DNA of 46,767 nt from Candidatus Tumulicola sp. (GTDB lineage: Bacteria > Vulcanimicrobiota > Vulcanimicrobiia > Vulcanimicrobiales > Vulcanimicrobiaceae): assembly GCA_039922955.1 (NCBI GenBank), contig JBDTDR010000139.1, positions 1 to 46,767 on the forward strand, in the 5' to 3' direction. Positions 43,511 to 46,767 of this stretch are shown in pieces. A program made the position numbers and the translations under genes. The notes beneath the pieces were generated by a model, which saw only the letters and a list, made by a program, of their open reading frames with translations, had not been told where the DNA came from and did no database searches. Position 1 is the stretch's first letter. Each line of letters begins with the position of its first letter.

Positions 43511-44803
43511 TTAGAACTTAATGCCGAGACCGACGTACGGGCCGCTTTCCGCGAATCCGATTGGTGCGGCGTTCTGATTGTATCCGCGATCGCCTAGGTA
43601 GCCGCCTTCGATGAAGAGCGGGAAACCTTGGAACGCGTAGCTCACGCCAATGTCGTACTTCAGGACGTTGTACGACAGGGTGTAAGGTCCGGCCGGGCAA
43701 ACGCCCGTGCCGCACGTTCCCTTAATCGACGGATAGTAGTAGCCGCTCGCGTAGAACGAGAACGGGCGATCGAGATCCGGCAGCTTTTCGAGGCCGAAAC
43801 CGACGCCGTTCACGCCCGGATATCCGGCGTTGTTCCCACGCCACAGATAGCCGACGCCGATGTAGATGCGCGGTTGCAGCACACGAAGGCCGAAGCGCGC
43901 ATCGAGATCGTAGTCGCGAACGTTAAATGCCGGGACGAACGTCTGGAACTGACCGCCGATGGCGGTGACCAGACCGTCGGGATGCTGGTAGTTGTACTGG
44001 CGATAGTCGCCTTCGACCATCCACGGCAGGTTCAGGAGATCGAACTCCACGGCGCCGTGTAAGCGCCACGAGAATCCGTTGCAGGTGTTGCAAGCCGTAG
44101 TGCCGGGGCTGAACTCGTTGTAGACTTTCGGCGAGATGATGTAATCACCAGCGACGTAGAGGTCATGATACGGGGTCGCCATCGGCGTGGGGGTCGGGGT
44201 TGGCGGCACTGGCGCCATCGTGGGTTCGGGAGTCGGCGGTGGCGTCGGCGGGAGATACCGCACGACGACGACGCGCTGTCGGTTGCCTACCCACAGAACG
44301 TACGCGCCCATGCCTTCCGAAATAACGCGGACCGGCACGAGTACGTTGCCTTGGTACATGATCGGCGGCACGTCCAGCGGACGCGATTCGCCGTTGATGA
44401 CTACTTCCGGCTTACCGACGGTCACTTTGACCTCGGCACCCGGCTTACTGACCGTTGCGGTCTTGCTCCCCGCATCGTACGACACGGTAGCGCCCATTTG
44501 CTCGAACATCGAGCGGAGCGGAATCAGGATGGTGCCGCCGCGAACGAGCGCGGAGAGCACACGGCCCTGTTTCAGAACATCGGGCTTGGAGTAGACGTGG
44601 TGGTCATTGTAGAGAATTGGGATCTGACCCGACGGCGGGGATCCGAAATTCGCCGGCGGAGCAGCCATGGCCGAGCCTTGCGCCTGTGCGATCGCGTTGG
44701 TTCCAATGTTGCCATGCGACGCCTGGGTTTGGGCTGCGACCGCGTTAAGCCCTAGACCGGCTGCCATCAGCAGGGCCAGGACTCCGGTGCTCAGTCGCTT
44801 CAA
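43511..44803 (-). CDS. Envelope protein: copper-amine-oxidase-N-like (stalk) domain, Pro/Thr linker, and C-terminal beta-barrel
   Basis: TTG 44803 lies 5 nt after AGGAGG. Signal peptide MKRLSTGVLALLMAAGLGLNAVAA. N domain is ILIPLRSMFEQMGATVSYDAGSKTATV...VINGESRPLDVPPIMYQGNVLVPVRVISEGMGAYVLW. The C-terminal ~210 aa have alternating aromatic/Gly-rich strands and end in GLGIKF. Confidence 0.6.
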   Translation of the reverse strand: MKRLSTGVLALLMAAGLGLNAVAAQTQASHGNIGTNAIAQAQGSAMAAPPANFGSPPSGQIPILYNDHHVYSKPDVLKQGRVLSALVRGGTILIPLRSMFEQMGATVSYDAGSKTATVSKPGAEVKVTVGKPEVVINGESRPLDVPPIMYQGNVLVPVRVISEGMGAYVLWVGNRQRVVVVRYLPPTPPPTPEPTMAPVPPTPTPTPMATPYHDLYVAGDYIISPKVYNEFSPGTTACNTCNGFSWRLHGAVEFDLLNLPWMVEGDYRQYNYQHPDGLVTAIGGQFQTFVPAFNVRDYDLDARFGLRVLQPRIYIGVGYLWRGNNAGYPGVNGVGFGLEKLPDLDRPFSFYASGYYYPSIKGTCGTGVCPAGPYTLSYNVLKYDIGVSYAFQGFPLFIEGGYLGDRGYNQNAAPIGFAESGPYVGLGIKF

Positions 44804-44863
44804 TGTGTCCTCCTAGCTAGCTAGTTAATGAGACCTCGAGCTTGCGGCCCCGGGCAGGCCCCG

Positions 44864-44978
44864 AGGGAACCTGGGGTAGGGCGCAATCCTGCCGTCTTCT
44901 TTCGGGAACAACCGATTGCCCCCCCTGCAGCGCGAGCCGGGGAAGGCAGGGGACGGCAGGTTCCACCCCTACCCTACC
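44864..44978 (-). ncRNA. Structured intergenic element or 5' leader upstream of the barrel gene; class unknown
   Basis: Nested complementarity: 44874-44881 gggtaggg pairs with 44967-44974 ccctaccc. 44888-44896 cctgccgtc pairs with 44952-44960 gacggcagg. The inner pair is 44923-44928 ccctgc with 44946-44951 gcaggg. Confidence 0.35.
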
Positions 44979-44979
44979 G

Positions 44980-45375
44980 TTAAGTGAGCTTTTCTTCAAG
45001 CTTTGCCAGAAACTTCGCTCGGTCGATGATGTAGCGCTCGTGCGTTCCCTCGGCGACGGCTTCGCGCTCGTCGAAGACCTGGATTGCAAAACTGACCCGC
45101 GGACCGTCGATCATCACCACCTCGACTTCCGTGCGGACGATGAAGCCCACCGGAACCGGCTTATGGTGGGTCAGGTCGATGTGCGTTCCGAGGGTAATCT
45201 GGCCGGCGCCCAAAACCGGGTCGATGCAATGGGCGGCCGCGCTCTCGACCAGCTGAACCAGTACTGAAGTAGAGAGGACGTCGACGCCCTTGTTCCCGGC
45301 CTTTTCGGCAGTCATCCACTCTTCGACGCGGCTCTGGAGGCTATACGAGCGACCGATATCGAGTTTCGCGGTCAT
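44980..45375 (-). CDS. Hotdog-fold thioesterase family protein
   Basis: 131 aa with a pattern typical of small hotdog thioesterases: LSTSVLVQLVESAAAHCI...GTHIDLTHHKPVPVG...V. Confidence 0.7.
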   Translation of the reverse strand: MTAKLDIGRSYSLQSRVEEWMTAEKAGNKGVDVLSTSVLVQLVESAAAHCIDPVLGAGQITLGTHIDLTHHKPVPVGFIVRTEVEVVMIDGPRVSFAIQVFDEREAVAEGTHERYIIDRAKFLAKLEEKLT

Positions 45376-45527
45376 GCCGTGGGGAAGTACGCCCTGCAGT
45401 CCGCCACCTCATTCCTCTCCGATGTGTTGGGTCAGTGTGTGCCAAGGGTTCGACGGGTGGGGTATGAATCAAATCCCTGCCGGCGCCGTATATGACGGCG
45501 TACTGGCTCGACCGGATTAGGAGAAAC

Positions 45528-46767
45528 ATGCAGTATCAACGGCTCGCGATTGCCGTGCTCGTGATGTCGCTGGCGCTCGGCGCCTGCGGTAAGGGCGGTG
45601 CACCCAAGGGTCCGCCGCCGCTCAGCGTGGACGTGGCACCGGCCGCGCGGCAGAACATTGCCACGTACATCACGCTCGACGGGCAGATCGCGCCGAAGGA
45701 GCAATCGACGCTTGCCTTCCAGCAAAGCGGAACGATCGTCAAGATAGACGTAAACATCGGCGACGTCGCCCGAAAGGGGCAACTGCTCGCTCAGATCGAC
45801 CCTTCGACGTTGCAGGCGCAGTTATCGCAGGCGCAAGCGCAGGCCTCCCAGGCGGGCGCGGCGGCGCAGGGTGCGGTCGTGGGCCTCCCGGTTCAAACGC
45901 AGTCGAACAATGCGGCCGTGCAAACGGCCAAGGCCGCGCTCGACAATGCCAAACTCGTCTACGAGCAAAACAAGCAGCTTTTCAAGCAGGGATACGTTTC
46001 GCAGACGCAGTTGCAGCAGTCGCAAGCGCAGTACGTTTCGAGCCAGTCGACGTATCAAAACTCGGTCGTCGCCCTGCGCAACAACGTGGTCAGCGCCGAG
46101 AACGTCAAGGCGCAGCTGGCGCAGGCGCAAGCGGCCCGAGCGCAAGCCAACGTCTTGAGCACGCAGCTTTCGCAGACGACGCTTTACGCGCCGTTCGACG
46201 GCGTAATTTCGAATCGTCTGCTCGACCCCGGAGCCTACGCGGGCCCATCACAACCGGTCTTGACGATTTCGCGGGTGGACGTGGTGTGGATCAACATCAA
46301 CGTCCCCGACGAGGATTTGGCGTACGTCCGGGCCGGTACGCTCGTCAACTTCCGTACGTCGTCGCTGGCAAACCGGCAGTTTAGCGGACGCATTCAAACC
46401 GTCAATGCGGTGCCGACCTCGGGAACGCTTTCGTACCTCGCGCGAATGCAGTTGCCCAATCCGGGCGACGTCCTGCGCGGCGGCATGCTGATCAGCGCGA
46501 CGCTGCCCAAGCAGCAGCAAAACAACGCGATTGTCGTTCCGCGCAGCGCGGTGGCGCAAACCGAGAGCGGCAATATCGTCTACGTCGTCAACGGCGACAA
46601 GGCCGAGGCCGTGCCGGTGAAGCTGGGCGTCGAAACCGACACGCTCGCGCAAGTCACGAGCCCGAAGGTGCAGCCGGGCACGAAGGTGGTTACCACGCGT
46701 CCGGACGCGCTCAAAGACGGCAGCGTCGTGGCCGTCAACGGCCCGCCCGCCCCGAGCCCGAGCGCCG
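45528..46767 (+). CDS. Efflux RND transporter periplasmic adaptor (membrane fusion protein); lipoprotein, 3' end off window
   Basis: Hand translation from ATG 45528 (after AGGAGAAAC) gives MQYQRLAIAVLVMSLALGACGK (lipobox). It continues with GQIAPKEQSTLAFQQSGTIVKIDVNIGDVARKGQLLAQID, a Q/A-rich coiled-coil hairpin, then LYAPFDGVISNR. The frame is open to the window end, so it is absent from the ORF track. Confidence 0.85.
   Translation, partial: MQYQRLAIAVLVMSLALGACGKGGAPKGPPPLSVDVAPAARQNIATYITLDGQIAPKEQSTLAFQQSGTIVKIDVNIGDVARKGQLLAQIDPSTLQAQLSQAQAQASQAGAAAQGAVVGLPVQTQSNNAAVQTAKAALDNAKLVYEQNKQLFKQGYVSQTQLQQSQAQYVSSQSTYQNSVVALRNNVVSAENVKAQLAQAQAARAQANVLSTQLSQTTLYAPFDGVISNRLLDPGAYAGPSQPVLTISRVDVVWININVPDEDLAYVRAGTLVNFRTSSLANRQFSGRIQTVNAVPTSGTLSYLARMQLPNPGDVLRGGMLISATLPKQQQNNAIVVPRSAVAQTESGNIVYVVNGDKAEAVPVKLGVETDTLAQVTSPKVQPGTKVVTTRPDALKDGSVVAVNGPPAPSPSA

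Noticed and set aside
1-46767. Looked for mobile elements, prophage genes, CRISPR arrays, tRNA/rRNA genes and recognisable defence modules (nucleases, helicases, reverse transcriptases, toxin-antitoxin pairs)
   Set aside because: None were recognised by eye in any frame or in the intergenic gaps. Every gap longer than 100 nt was read (15262-15419, 16810-17103, 26160-26293, 34219-34405, 42484-42631, 44804-44979, 45376-45527), and none has tRNA-like features.

Overview
GC-rich bacterial chromosomal segment (GC judged by eye, not computed), densely packed with about 50 protein-coding genes. Many neighbouring genes share 4-nt stop/start overlaps (GTGA/ATGA/TTGA). I found no rRNA, tRNA, CRISPR array, transposase, integrase or phage genes.

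The content is mostly housekeeping and envelope functions:
- ETF-ubiquinone oxidoreductase followed by thiO-thiS-thiG and a rhodanese.
- An RCK-domain channel-like protein, Bcp, PyrE, a peptide-binding protein and an EF-G paralogue.
- An ECF sigma/anti-sigma pair.
- A sufC-sufD-sufS-sufU operon with divergent sufR plus a NifU-like gene, followed by DUF485 and an ActP-like symporter.
- A 4-gene O-methyltransferase / flavin reductase / MBL / ThpR operon.
- FolD and a TlpA-like thiol-disulfide oxidoreductase.
- A 6-gene coupled operon ending in TldD/PmbA.
- A beta-barrel envelope protein, and the start of an RND adaptor gene.

Observations most worth follow-up:
1. The anti-sigma partner of the ECF sigma is a soluble zinc-finger (HxxxCxxC) domain fused to a complete Ogt/MGMT alkyltransferase. 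This could be an alkylation-sensing sigma switch.
2. A PHP phosphoesterase carries a histone-H1-like Lys/Ala/Pro tail with exact in-frame tandem repeats.
3. At three genes, conserved N-terminal features lie upstream of the first ATG/GTG/TTG, next to a Shine-Dalgarno sequence followed by CTG or ATT.
4. Two genes show apparent +1 frame disruptions near short homopolymers.
5. A Cu-amine-oxidase-N-like domain is fused to a C-terminal beta-barrel.
6. There are structured intergenic elements, including a 25-nt-arm inverted repeat.

All functional calls come from reading motifs in the translations. No database search was run.
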